NCBI GenBank assembly: GCA_045803545.1
Contig: JBJMOW010000005.1
Location: forward strand, 1,504,001-1,568,000
Reading direction: 5' to 3'
Length of the DNA stretch: 64,000 nt
Source of the DNA: Gemmatimonadaceae bacterium
Lineage (GTDB): Bacteria > Gemmatimonadota > Gemmatimonadetes > Gemmatimonadales > Gemmatimonadaceae
This document shows positions 20,499-29,947 of this stretch, piece by piece; the first letter of the stretch is position 1, and every line of letters begins with the position of its first letter. The position numbers were made by a program, and so were the translations under genes. The notes beneath the pieces were generated by a model. It did no database searches and had not been told where the DNA came from. It saw only the letters and a program-made list of their open reading frames with translations.

Positions 20499-22628
20499 TC
20501 AAACTGCCGCGTGGCGATGGGAGATGGCTCGCCGGACTTCGCTCGCGAACTGACCGCCGGTGAAGTCACCTTTTTCCAGAATGGTGGCTACGAGTCCGTT
20601 CAACTTGCCTCGATCCTCGGCGGTGATTGTCTTGGACGTGACGATCACGATCGGTATGCTCGCGGTGCCGACGTGCTCATGAAGCGCTGCTACGACGTCG
20701 AAGCCGGTCACGTCGGGCATCATCAAATCGAGCACGATCAGATCGGGCAGCTCTCGTCGCGCGATTTCAATCGCGTCGCCGCCGCCGTAAGCGCGCAGGA
20801 CATTGCTCGCGAGCCCCTCAACGTGGAATGCGACCAGGTCCACTGCGCGAGGGTCGTCGTCGACGATCAGGATCTTGAGCTGTGCGCCAGTGTTCAGCGG
20901 AACCAGCCCCAGTGCGACGAGCGATTCATACAGCTCCTGACGTGACAGCGGTTTTTGCATCACCGCCGCGGCGCCGAGCGCGAATCCCTTATTTCGGTCG
21001 GCGACTATGGAGACTATCACGATCGGTACGTGCTTGAGCGAGGGCATCTGCTTCAGGCGCCCGAGCAACTCCCAGCCATCCATCCCTGGCAGCATGAGAT
21101 CGAGGGTGATCAGCGATAGCGCTTGCTGTTCGGCAAGGACGAGCGCCACTTCCGCACTCGGGGCGTGAAGGATCGTGAACCCCTCGGCTTCGAGCTGAAC
21201 TCGAATGAGCTCGGCGGACTTGAAATCATCCTCGATGACGAGAGCGATGCGATCGCTTGGCAGAAGCTCGACGGCGACGGTTACGTTGATTTGCTCTTCA
21301 ACGGCTTTCTCGTCCTCGGATCTCAAGGGAAGCCATACCGTGAATCGCGAGCCTTTGCCCTCGGTGCTCTCCACGGCCAGCGTTCCACCATGGAGCTCTG
21401 AGAGCAGCTTGATCATCGCCAGGCCAAGTCCTGTTCCCTGATACTTCCTGGCGAGACCGCTGTCGATCTGACTGAACGGCTTGAACAACGCCTCCATGCC
21501 CTCCGGCGTGATGCCGATTCCAATGTCAGTGACGCTGATTTCGAGAAACTCAGCGAAGCCATTGTTGGCCAGCGGAAAGACGCGGCCGGTCGCGTCGTAC
21601 TGGAGACGGCCAACCTCGGCTCTCGAAACGCGGCTCGCTTGCAGTGAGACTTCGCCGCCGTCGGTGCTGAACTTCACCGCGTTGGAGAGCAGGTTGTAAA
21701 CGATCTGCTTTACCTTCCGCGCGTCGGCGCGAATGGAACCGAGCTCACGCGGCGCATTCAAGGTGAGCCTGATGTGGCGCGCCTGCGCTTTTTCCTTGAC
21801 GATCGACAGGCTGTTCGCGAACAGGGACGATATCTGCACTGGCTCCAGATCCAGCATCATCTTCCCGGCTTCAACCTTCGAAAGATCCAGGATGTCGTTG
21901 ATCAGGGACAGCAGATGCTTGCCGCTGCTGAAGATGTCGCCGATGAATTTTTTCTGTTGATCGGTGAGGTTTCCGATCAGGCCGTCCCCCAGCACCTCTG
22001 AGAAACCAATGATCGCGTTGAGCGGTGTTCTCAGCTCATGCGACATGTTGGCGAGAAATTCGGACTTCATCCGGCTAGCTTCCTCGAGCTCGACGTTCTT
22101 CTGCTGCAGCCGCTGTTCGAGCTTTCTGCGTTCGTCCTCGATCTGCTTGCGGGCAGTATTGTCTGTCCCAATCAGCAGGTATCCGATAATGATGTCCTTC
22201 ACGTCGCGCAGTGCGGTTACCGACACCACGGCCGGAAAGCGGCTCTTGTCCTTACGGATGTAGGTGAGCTCATAGATGTCCTCGATGCCACGCGAGGCCT
22301 TGAACACCAACGCCTCGAAGCCGGGCGCGATCTCCGTTCCGACTTCGGCGCTCAGCGCTCTGGCACGAGCGACGATTTCCTGCGCGTCGGAGATGTCGGC
22401 AGGCGTAATCTTGTTCACCACTTCCACCGCTTCGTAGCCAAGCATGCGCTCGGCGCCAACATTGAAGATCTGGATCACCCCGTTCGCGTCGGTGGCGATA
22501 CTGGAGAAGTTGGCGCTGTTGAAGATTGCGTTCTGTAGAGCGTCAGCGCTGAGAACTGCCGCGGTACGACGGCGCCACAGGTTGAAGACGCCGTTACCGT
22601 TACCGTTGGTGTGCGGGTGCGTGGTCAT
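20499..22628 (-). CDS. hybrid histidine kinase (PAS-HisKA-HATPase-REC-REC)
   Basis: [29 protein letters not shown], two receiver domains. Confidence 0.93.
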   Translation of the reverse strand: MTTHPHTNGNGNGVFNLWRRRTAAVLSADALQNAIFNSANFSSIATDANGVIQIFNVGAERMLGYEAVEVVNKITPADISDAQEIVARARALSAEVGTEIAPGFEALVFKASRGIEDIYELTYIRKDKSRFPAVVSVTALRDVKDIIIGYLLIGTDNTARKQIEDERRKLEQRLQQKNVELEEASRMKSEFLANMSHELRTPLNAIIGFSEVLGDGLIGNLTDQQKKFIGDIFSSGKHLLSLINDILDLSKVEAGKMMLDLEPVQISSLFANSLSIVKEKAQARHIRLTLNAPRELGSIRADARKVKQIVYNLLSNAVKFSTDGGEVSLQASRVSRAEVGRLQYDATGRVFPLANNGFAEFLEISVTDIGIGITPEGMEALFKPFSQIDSGLARKYQGTGLGLAMIKLLSELHGGTLAVESTEGKGSRFTVWLPLRSEDEKAVEEQINVTVAVELLPSDRIALVIEDDFKSAELIRVQLEAEGFTILHAPSAEVALVLAEQQALSLITLDLMLPGMDGWELLGRLKQMPSLKHVPIVIVSIVADRNKGFALGAAAVMQKPLSRQELYESLVALGLVPLNTGAQLKILIVDDDPRAVDLVAFHVEGLASNVLRAYGGGDAIEIARRELPDLIVLDLMMPDVTGFDVVAALHEHVGTASIPIVIVTSKTITAEDRGKLNGLVATILEKGDFTGGQFASEVRRAISHRHAAV

Positions 22629-22633
22629 GGCCG

Positions 22634-22894
22634 CTACTCCTTCGCCGGTGTCGTATCGCCAGCCATGAATTTCTTCCATGCCCGCGCGCTCATCATCCAG
22701 GAGCCCTGATTACGCGCACGAAGGCGCTGTTCCGTCACTCCGATGATGCGTGGGACACGGCGTTTGTGCAGCGTGGTTCCGTTTTCGTTGAAGACCGCGG
22801 GGGCCGATTTCGGGCTGGCAGCAGCGGCGGCTTTCCGTTGATCGAGAAAGCCGAATAGGGTCTGTCTTAGACTCTTCCTGTTGTTGCTTTTCAT
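22634..22894 (-). CDS. small basic hypothetical protein, paralog of 18222-18482
   Basis: 86 aa from ATG 22894; first gene of the signalling operon. Confidence 0.7.
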   Translation of the reverse strand: MKSNNRKSLRQTLFGFLDQRKAAAAASPKSAPAVFNENGTTLHKRRVPRIIGVTEQRLRARNQGSWMMSARAWKKFMAGDTTPAKE

Positions 22895-23142
22895 TTGTGC
22901 GCCTGGCATGGAGGGCGTCGCCAGTAGCGCCGGATGCTGCCTTAATCGAGGCAGATCGAAATGCGGGCTGGTGGGATCTTCCCGCACACATTCTTCATGA
23001 GAACGTGTGCTAAATATAACTCATTACACGCTTTGGTGGGCTTATTCCGACTGAAATACACAGGCCTGCTCCATCATCAAATCACGGAACAAGACGTGCG
23101 CTGACTCTGTCAATACCTGTAGTAACTCGCCTGACGCGTCCG

Positions 23143-23664
23143 ATGCCCGCATCCAGAAACAAACCCCCGAAACCAGCCAGCCGCACCCGCATCGGCGATC
23201 GGCTTCGACACGATCTTCCGACCCTCGTCGTGCGGTATGTGGACCGGCTGCGCACCGATCCGTTGTTCTCGAGAGCGGAGTCGCTGCCCAATCCGGTTCT
23301 GGAAGCCCACGCAATGAGCTTCCTCGGCGATCTCTTCCAATCGCTCGTGGTGCTCGAGAACGCTGAAGGACTCGATGATGCCGATGAATCAGAGCTGCTG
23401 GCCGAAGGCAGCCGGATCCAGCGTTTCATTTCCGAGCTGCACGGTCGCCAGCGACACCGGCTTGGCTGGACAGAGCACGCACTCGAACGTGAGTATCAGA
23501 TCCTCAGAGAGGAAGTCGACTCGCTGGTGCGACGACACGCGCCGGATGCGGATCGCGCCGGTGATTTCAGCTGGGCGATCGATGTACTAAACCTCCGGCT
23601 CAACAACGCGCGCGCCGCGAGCGTCGCCGCCTATGAGACGGCGGCGAGCGAGAGTCGAACCTAG
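23143..23664 (+). CDS. stand-alone RsbRD-N-like helical protein, paralog of 46613-47113
   Basis: PVLEAHAMSFLGDLFQS, ELHGRQRHRLGW..ALEREY. Confidence 0.7.
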   Translation: MPASRNKPPKPASRTRIGDRLRHDLPTLVVRYVDRLRTDPLFSRAESLPNPVLEAHAMSFLGDLFQSLVVLENAEGLDDADESELLAEGSRIQRFISELHGRQRHRLGWTEHALEREYQILREEVDSLVRRHAPDADRAGDFSWAIDVLNLRLNNARAASVAAYETAASESRT

Positions 23665-23963
23665 GCCAGCGCTTCCCTGTCTTCTGTCCCGCGCTCCACC
23701 GTCGCTTCATGACTCCACAAACCGAGCGGCTGCAGCGCGTGCTGCGCGATAAACCCACAGTGCTGGCAAACGATCATCACCGCCGGAATCGTCACAGTGC
23801 TCGCGCCGTTGCGCGCGCTCGTCTCCTGCACCTCGATGCGTGAGTACTCACTCACCGTCCACTGACTGTCGTCGCAACGCGGACAACCGCCGGCGCCACG
23901 CGACTTGAGTGCGCTGACGATTCGCTGCTTGTCGGTGCTCGAGATTCCCTTGTAATTCGACAT
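23661..23963 (-). CDS. small zinc-ribbon hypothetical protein
   Basis: CPRC...CQHCG; RBS GGAG upstream. Confidence 0.7.
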   Translation of the reverse strand: MSNYKGISSTDKQRIVSALKSRGAGGCPRCDDSQWTVSEYSRIEVQETSARNGASTVTIPAVMIVCQHCGFIAQHALQPLGLWSHEATVERGTEDREALA

Positions 23964-24235
23964 CTGTGCTCCTTGGTTCGAATGACGCGTGTCAATCCGG
24001 TCTGGTCGATCGAAGATTGCAACGGCGACAATTTTGGGCGTCGCCAGGATCGCCAGGGCGCTGTCTCAGTGAGACCGCGTAGAGCGCCGGCTGGTGGGAG
24101 ACGTCCGGCGCAGGAACCATTCACACTTAATCTACGCTAAAGCGCAGCGTAACGCTTCGAGAATCACGCCGCTCGCCTCTTCTTATAGTAGCAGGCTCGC
24201 CCAAACCACGATCGATCTTGTAGTTTTTCAGCACT

Positions 24236-24772
24236 ATGATGCGTGCGCTGTTCGGCTCGGCGAGCCTGTTGCTGTGCGTTGCGCCCAACATCTCCTGGGC
24301 GCAAGGCTATCCGCCGAGTCAGCGCGGCTCTGTCTCACAGAATGTCGCCTATACTACGATTTCGATCGCCTACGGCCGCCCAGTCGCGCGCGGCCGAGCG
24401 TTGTTTGGCAGTCTGGTGCCGTGGGATCAGATATGGCACCCGGGCGCTGACTCGGCGACACGCATCACTTTCAATCACGACATCGTCGTCGAAGGCAAGC
24501 CGCTGCGCGCGGGTGAGTACACGCTGTGGCTGATTCCGCGACAGACTGCGCCGTGGACGCTCATCTTCAGCCGCGCCGCGCACGTCTTTCACAAACCGTA
24601 TCCCGGTGAGCGCTACGAAGTTCTGCGCGTCGACATCAAACCCGAGCAAGTCTCGCACGTCGAGTCCTTCACGATCTACTTCCCTTCCGTTCTCCGCGAC
24701 GAAGCGGTGATGCAATTGCACTGGGGAACGACGGCGATTCCAGTCCACATCACCGCGCCGTACACGCCCTAG
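24236..24772 (+). CDS. DUF2911-like secreted protein
   Basis: Signal peptide; SQRG.V.Q, YGRP...GR..FG.LVPW...W..GA, LRAGEY.LW.IP. Confidence 0.8.
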   Translation: MMRALFGSASLLLCVAPNISWAQGYPPSQRGSVSQNVAYTTISIAYGRPVARGRALFGSLVPWDQIWHPGADSATRITFNHDIVVEGKPLRAGEYTLWLIPRQTAPWTLIFSRAAHVFHKPYPGERYEVLRVDIKPEQVSHVESFTIYFPSVLRDEAVMQLHWGTTAIPVHITAPYTP

Positions 24773-24784
24773 CAGGGTCACTCA

Positions 24785-26437
24785 CTACTGCGCGCCCGGG
24801 ACTCCCTGCGCGCTTTCGGCGGTAATCGTGTAACTGTAATCCCCTGACTGACAGTCATGCCCTGTGAAGGTACCGGCATCATAGTCCTCGCAGCGATAGG
24901 GGAACGAGATTACGGTGTGAAAAGTCGTCGCGTGGATCGTACCCGATGCAATCTTGGTCTGGTCCGCCCCAAAGATCTTGAACACGAACGAGTAGTCGTT
25001 GCCGAATTTGAGATTGCCGTACATGTACTCGACGTCACCGTTGAAAATGTGGGTGTTGTCGAAATTCGGGTCGGGATCGTCGACCTGCTGAAAATCCTCC
25101 GTGTAGTACGAGACGTCGCCCGCATTGGTGCCGTACTGGAAGTCGGTGAACGCGCGGTCGGGAATGGGGCCAGCTGCGCTGGTGTGGGTTTGACTGCAAA
25201 CCCTGACGAAAGCGGGTGAGACGTTCACAGTGAAGCCCTCGAAGACGATCGGCTCCAGGCGCATCTCGTCGATGCATTCGATGTGCTGAGCGACAGTGCC
25301 GAAATCGGGATCTTCGTAGGTTCCGTTGAACTCCAGGTAACTCGCTGTCGCGGGATCGAACTGGAAGTCGGTGAGCAATTGTCCGTCGACTTCGTCGCGG
25401 AACGCGAACGTCAACGGACCGGTCATGAGAGGCAGATGACCGCTGACGTTGGACTGCCAGCTTTCGTTGCGGCGCCAGTTCTCCAACACGCGATAATCGG
25501 TGCGAGCGCCGTTATCGGTGAAGATGTAATAACCCTCGCTGAATTTCGTCCCGACGTAATCCCTCAGGCTGAAATACGAGCCGAACCAGGTGAAATCGTT
25601 CGGCACATAGATGTTGATCGCCTGGGTAGTGCTGTTGTTCGACGCATCCCAGTCGCCCGGATTCACAGATTCAGCGCGCACTGTCAGCTGCTTCGTTCCC
25701 CGCTCGGTGAAGATGTGATTGAAGATGCACGACACACTGCGACCGGCATCGACCCAGACTCCGCTCCCGCGGCCAACGTCCACTCCGTCCACCGCGAGGA
25801 CACAGACAGTATTCGCGCCGACGTCGCCGTTCTTCTCGGAGATCAACGCCGAGATCTGGATCGGCGTCTCCATCCGCGCCTGCCCCGGAGCGAAGATGCG
25901 ATCGACCGAGACGTCGGGCCGCAGCTTCACGGTTTCAGTCGCCGAGACAATGTCGCTGTGCTTGCCATCGACGCCGACAACAGTGCCCTGCACTCCCAGC
26001 TTGCTGCCGCGCACTCTCCCGGCCAGCGTCGTTTGATAGGTCGGCGAGCTCAGGTTTTTGTAGCTCGTCGTCGTCTGCAGCGTACCGTTCGGCGCGAATT
26101 GTTTGAGCTGAATCTTGTTAAGCAGTCGCGACGCGTCGGGGTTATCGATAGTCCCGGTGGCAACGTCGAGGGTCGTGCTGCCATTGATACCGAGGAGCGC
26201 CCTCGCCTCCAGACTCGCCGCCCCGGCAAACCCACGCGCGTTCTTTTTCCCCTTGTCGCGATACTTGATGCTATTGGCGAAGCGTGTCGGGCCTCGTCGA
26301 GCCGTGGTGGCTGAAACGTCGCGTCGCAGGTGCGAGGGCGGGCTGATCGGTGCGGTCACGGAGTTGTCCGCGCAAGCGGCAGCTGCGATGAGGGCTCCGA
26401 GCAGAGCAAACGATCTGACCCAAGTGTTCGACTCCAT
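24785..26437 (-). CDS. secreted lipoprotein with CARDB/Ig-like domain
   Basis: Lipobox AAAC; PGDWDASNN motif. Confidence 0.65.
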   Translation of the reverse strand: MESNTWVRSFALLGALIAAAACADNSVTAPISPPSHLRRDVSATTARRGPTRFANSIKYRDKGKKNARGFAGAASLEARALLGINGSTTLDVATGTIDNPDASRLLNKIQLKQFAPNGTLQTTTSYKNLSSPTYQTTLAGRVRGSKLGVQGTVVGVDGKHSDIVSATETVKLRPDVSVDRIFAPGQARMETPIQISALISEKNGDVGANTVCVLAVDGVDVGRGSGVWVDAGRSVSCIFNHIFTERGTKQLTVRAESVNPGDWDASNNSTTQAINIYVPNDFTWFGSYFSLRDYVGTKFSEGYYIFTDNGARTDYRVLENWRRNESWQSNVSGHLPLMTGPLTFAFRDEVDGQLLTDFQFDPATASYLEFNGTYEDPDFGTVAQHIECIDEMRLEPIVFEGFTVNVSPAFVRVCSQTHTSAAGPIPDRAFTDFQYGTNAGDVSYYTEDFQQVDDPDPNFDNTHIFNGDVEYMYGNLKFGNDYSFVFKIFGADQTKIASGTIHATTFHTVISFPYRCEDYDAGTFTGHDCQSGDYSYTITAESAQGVPGAQ

Positions 26438-26490
26438 AAGCACCTCTCGGCAAAAGCGATGATTACTCATTTCGCTCACATTGGGTCACT

Positions 26491-28089
26491 CTAGACCGAT
26501 TGCGACAATCCAATCAGAATCGCCGCGCGATCCGCCGTGATCGACTTCCCGGTTTGCGCCTGCAGCGTTGCGCGATAGTCCTTCAGCTTCGCGTCGGCCT
26601 GTTTCGTCTTCCCGTTCTCGCGGGCTTGCTGCGCCTGCGCTAAATCGCTCGCAAGATCGTCGGCGACTCCCTTGTTGGTGACGAAGCGGCGCGTCAGGTT
26701 CGTCAGGCTGGCGAACGTCACACTCACGGTGAATGTCGTCGATGCAGTGGCCGTATTGCCGGCGTTGTCAGTCGCCGTCGCCGAGTACGTGTGCGGTCCG
26801 AGGCCGAACACGTAGGCGTCACCATCGATCGGCGCACAGGTATTCGATGCGATGCCGGATTCCGCGTCGCTCGCCGTACACGTGATCGAGACGTGCGCGT
26901 CGACGCTGTAATCGGCAGGGTGGGTCGAGTAAGAAATCGTTGGTGGCGTGGCATCAGCAACTGACACGCGCCACAGCACGGCACCGCTCGTATAGAACCC
27001 GCCGGGCGTCCACTGAACCTGCGCCTGGCCGACGATCAATCCGCGATTGTTGATGCCGTGTGCGTCGGCGGCAGGTCCGGAGCGCGGCACACCCAGGTCA
27101 GTCAAAGTGCCATCGTGCGACCAGAGCACCGGAGCGAAGTTGAAGGTCCCAAACGATATGCCGACGACATCGCCTGCTTCGTTCAGACCGTACGCCCGCG
27201 AAAAGGACTGGGATGCGCCTGGCACCATCGGCAAAGTCTCGAATGCGCCATGTCTGAACACCATCGCGCGCCCGAAATAGTACTGGATGGTGCCTGCCAT
27301 CTCTGCGAGAAAATCTCCGGCGTCATTGAACATTTGCCCGGTCGCAATGTCCGCCCCTACCGGGCCCACACCTGCTGGCAACGTGATTTCCGTCGACGTG
27401 CCGCCAGACCAGATCTGCGGCCGACCAGAAGCTACGCCATAGTTAAGACTTTGCCCGATGATAGTCCCCGCGGCATTGATTCCCGTCGCCCAGGCCAAGT
27501 CTGTCCCAGGCAGTTTCCCGAGATCCACGACGCCGCCCTCGGCGGGCCATAGAGCGGCGCTCGGACCGGTGAAGTCGTCGAAACCGTTGCCAACGATGTC
27601 GCCGTGCTCGTTGATCGATTGCGCTCTGCTGCTACCATAAGGGTTGTACGGTGCCAGTGTTGGGAGCGCCCTGATGACTCCATTTTCCCATACCACTGCC
27701 GAATAACGCCCGTCGGCGTCCTGCGACTCGCCTACGATCACCCCGGCATTATTGACCTGGTACGCTCGAGAGAAATGTCCGCCAAGCGTGCCGAGGTCAG
27801 TGAAGACTCCGTTCTGCCAACTGATCGCCCGCTGCTCCTGACCGTCCGGCGTATAGCCCCAACCGACGGCGAGCCCGTTGTCGTTGATGTCAACGAGCAT
27901 CGTGTACTGGCCGTTGAATTGGCCAATCGCGACGACGTCGATGCCGGTGGAGCTCTTCTCCCAGGTGACATTGGTGATCTGCTGCCGCCCGCCCGAAGAA
28001 TCCACACGCAACGACTGCTTCGGTGCAACGGGGCTGTCCGTGCATGCAACGATGAGCAACGCAGACGCAACCAACGTGAAACGACGCAT
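26491..28089 (-). CDS. extracellular HAF-repeat lipoprotein with C-terminal Ig-like domain
   Basis: Lipobox IVAC; repeated DLG.L.G..S.A..IN..G.IVG units. Confidence 0.8.
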   Translation of the reverse strand: MRRFTLVASALLIVACTDSPVAPKQSLRVDSSGGRQQITNVTWEKSSTGIDVVAIGQFNGQYTMLVDINDNGLAVGWGYTPDGQEQRAISWQNGVFTDLGTLGGHFSRAYQVNNAGVIVGESQDADGRYSAVVWENGVIRALPTLAPYNPYGSSRAQSINEHGDIVGNGFDDFTGPSAALWPAEGGVVDLGKLPGTDLAWATGINAAGTIIGQSLNYGVASGRPQIWSGGTSTEITLPAGVGPVGADIATGQMFNDAGDFLAEMAGTIQYYFGRAMVFRHGAFETLPMVPGASQSFSRAYGLNEAGDVVGISFGTFNFAPVLWSHDGTLTDLGVPRSGPAADAHGINNRGLIVGQAQVQWTPGGFYTSGAVLWRVSVADATPPTISYSTHPADYSVDAHVSITCTASDAESGIASNTCAPIDGDAYVFGLGPHTYSATATDNAGNTATASTTFTVSVTFASLTNLTRRFVTNKGVADDLASDLAQAQQARENGKTKQADAKLKDYRATLQAQTGKSITADRAAILIGLSQSV

Positions 28090-28200
28090 GGCGACCTCGG
28101 GTGGGTGAGTCTTGGGGATTCTGATAAGCTCAGCCGTTTGGCCGCGGGTCCAAGGTATGTCAGTAAACAAATCGCGCCAGAGGGAGATGCTTTGCTGCAG

Positions 28201-28326
28201 ACTGAGGCCTGAGGACTAAGTGCATCGATCATCGCGGACTAAGTGAGGATTGCAGCCTAAAGCGCTTTAGTCATCAATCATCGATTAGTCAGCAATCACA
28301 GATGCCTTTAGTCATCAGGCCTCAGT
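28201..28326. repeat. long palindromic intergenic repeat, family A copy 1
   Basis: Ends ACTGAGGCCTGA-GGACTAAGTGCATC and GATGCCTTTAGTCA-TCAGGCCTCAGT; homologous to 35768, 39173, 56275 and 58024. Confidence 0.85.
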
Positions 28327-28330
28327 TCAG

Positions 28331-28360
28331 TTGAAATATGTCTAGTTACTAGACATATTT
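28331..28360 (+). promoter_or_regulatory. promoter TTGAAA-N17-CATATT with overlapping perfect palindromic operator
   Basis: AAATATGTCTAGT-T-ACTAGACATATTT at 28334-28360; ATG follows at 28365. Confidence 0.7.
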
Positions 28361-28364
28361 GGTC

Positions 28365-28889
28365 ATGATCGCAAGGCAGACGGCGGCGGCGGCGCGGGCA
28401 GACCTGAAATGGCTGACGAACTCAGCCGCGCTGCTGCGTCGGCGGCTCCGCCACACCCCCGAGGAAGCACAGTGGTGGGGTCTGGTGCGGCTGCTCGTTA
28501 CCGACCTCGAAATGACGCTCGCAACAGCAGCGGAAGTCGCAACCGCTGCACTGCGCTCCTTGCCGGAGACCAACCGCAGACGACCACGCCGACACGCTCC
28601 GACCCCGGCCAAACAGGATCCGACTGGCACCGCTGCAATAGTGATCGATCTCCCGCGCTATCAATCGACTTTTCTTGCCAATCTGTCCCGTGCGCTCATC
28701 CTCGAGACTCCCCGTCGCCGTGGCCGAACCAGCGAAGTCACTCGCGGTAACGCCGTCGAGGCAGCCCGCGATTATGGAATCGATGTCGGCTTGTTGCGTT
28801 CGGCACTAAACCGAACGCCGAGCGAGCGTCTGCAACTGCTGGACGCAAATCTGGAATTCGTTCGCGCGGCATCGCGCCAGTCAAAATGA
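28365..28889 (+). CDS. putative DNA-binding / antitoxin-like protein
   Basis: HTH-like N-terminus; C-terminal GIDVGLLRSALNRTPSERL; ATGA overlap with the nucleotidyltransferase. Confidence 0.55.
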   Translation: MIARQTAAAARADLKWLTNSAALLRRRLRHTPEEAQWWGLVRLLVTDLEMTLATAAEVATAALRSLPETNRRRPRRHAPTPAKQDPTGTAAIVIDLPRYQSTFLANLSRALILETPRRRGRTSEVTRGNAVEAARDYGIDVGLLRSALNRTPSERLQLLDANLEFVRAASRQSK

Positions 28890-29368
28890 GCTTCGCTTCC
28901 ATGCTCGGCGGCCTCACGAAAATAAAGATTCGGTTCGTCGTCATCGGCGGCGTCGCCGCCGCAATCCACGGTTCGTCGCGAGTGACGAATGACCTCGACA
29001 TTTGCTACGACGCTGGAGATAGAGCGAATGTCGCCGCGCTCGCCAGGCTACTCGCAGGGTGGAAGGCTTATCCGCGCGGTGTCGAGCAAGATTTGCCATT
29101 TATCATGGACGACCGCACGATGCGGGGCGCTCCCATAATGACACTGGCAACTACCGAGGGAGACCTCGACATCATGGATCGGGTGGCCGGAGTCGGCGAC
29201 TACGCAATCGTTCGCAAGCACTCGCAAGAGATCACCGCACTCGGTTTGTCTTTTCAGGTCATCGACCTGGCGTGGCTCATAAAGGCCAAGCGCGCGGCGG
29301 GCAGACCGCGCGACTTCGATCACCTTCCGGAGTTGGAGGCGCTGCTGGAGCTCCGCAAAAAGCCGTAA
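28886..29368 (+). CDS. nucleotidyltransferase (Pol-beta-like)
   Basis: VVIGGVAA..HGSSRVT.DLD; LIKAKRAAGRPRD. Confidence 0.8.
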   Translation: MSFASMLGGLTKIKIRFVVIGGVAAAIHGSSRVTNDLDICYDAGDRANVAALARLLAGWKAYPRGVEQDLPFIMDDRTMRGAPIMTLATTEGDLDIMDRVAGVGDYAIVRKHSQEITALGLSFQVIDLAWLIKAKRAAGRPRDFDHLPELEALLELRKKP

Positions 29369-29438
29369 GGCGTATGCAACTGTGGCACTGGTCGACCATC
29401 GCTGCCCCTTCGGGGGGTTGCCGAAACGTAATTTGCTC

Positions 29439-29496
29439 TTGACGCGCGCCCCGCGGAGATGCTAGTGTATTAGCACCTGCTAGTGTGCTAGCAGGT
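29439..29496 (+). promoter_or_regulatory. promoter with tandem palindromic operators, likely for the BlaI-family repressor
   Basis: TTGACG-N18-TAGTGT; TGCTA-N6-TAGCA at 29460-29475 and 29478-29493. Confidence 0.7.
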
Positions 29497-29515
29497 CGAT
29501 ACCCCGTTCAGTGTC

Positions 29516-29947
29516 ATGGCCGCGGTCCTCAGGAGGCCGATGTTGGGAAAACGCGAAGGAAAGCAACTTTCACTGGACGCACTCGGAGCGCGCGAGCGGG
29601 AGATCGTCGAGACGTTGTTCGCCCAACAGGAAGCGACGGTCGCCGACGTGCTTGGCAGCCTCCGGTCTCCACCCAGCTACTCCGCTGTGAGAGCGATGCT
29701 CACCCTCCTCGAGCAGAAGGGTTACGTAAAACACCGTCGAGATGGACTCCGCTACGTCTACTCGCCCACTGTGAACACGGCTGACGCGAAAGGCCCGGCG
29801 CTGCGGAAACTGGTCGATACCTTTTTCGGCGGCTCACCCGCCCGCGCGGTAGCGACACTATTGGAGCTGCCGCAGGGCGCAGACGAAGAGCTGACGATCA
29901 AGGATCTGCGGAAAGCGGTGCTCGCCGCAAGGAAGCAAGGGCGATGA
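29516..29947 (+). CDS. BlaI/MecI/CopY family transcriptional repressor
   Basis: LGAREREIV, SYSAVRAML..LEQKG, YVYSP, LVDTFFGGS. Confidence 0.92.
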   Translation: MAAVLRRPMLGKREGKQLSLDALGAREREIVETLFAQQEATVADVLGSLRSPPSYSAVRAMLTLLEQKGYVKHRRDGLRYVYSPTVNTADAKGPALRKLVDTFFGGSPARAVATLLELPQGADEELTIKDLRKAVLAARKQGR

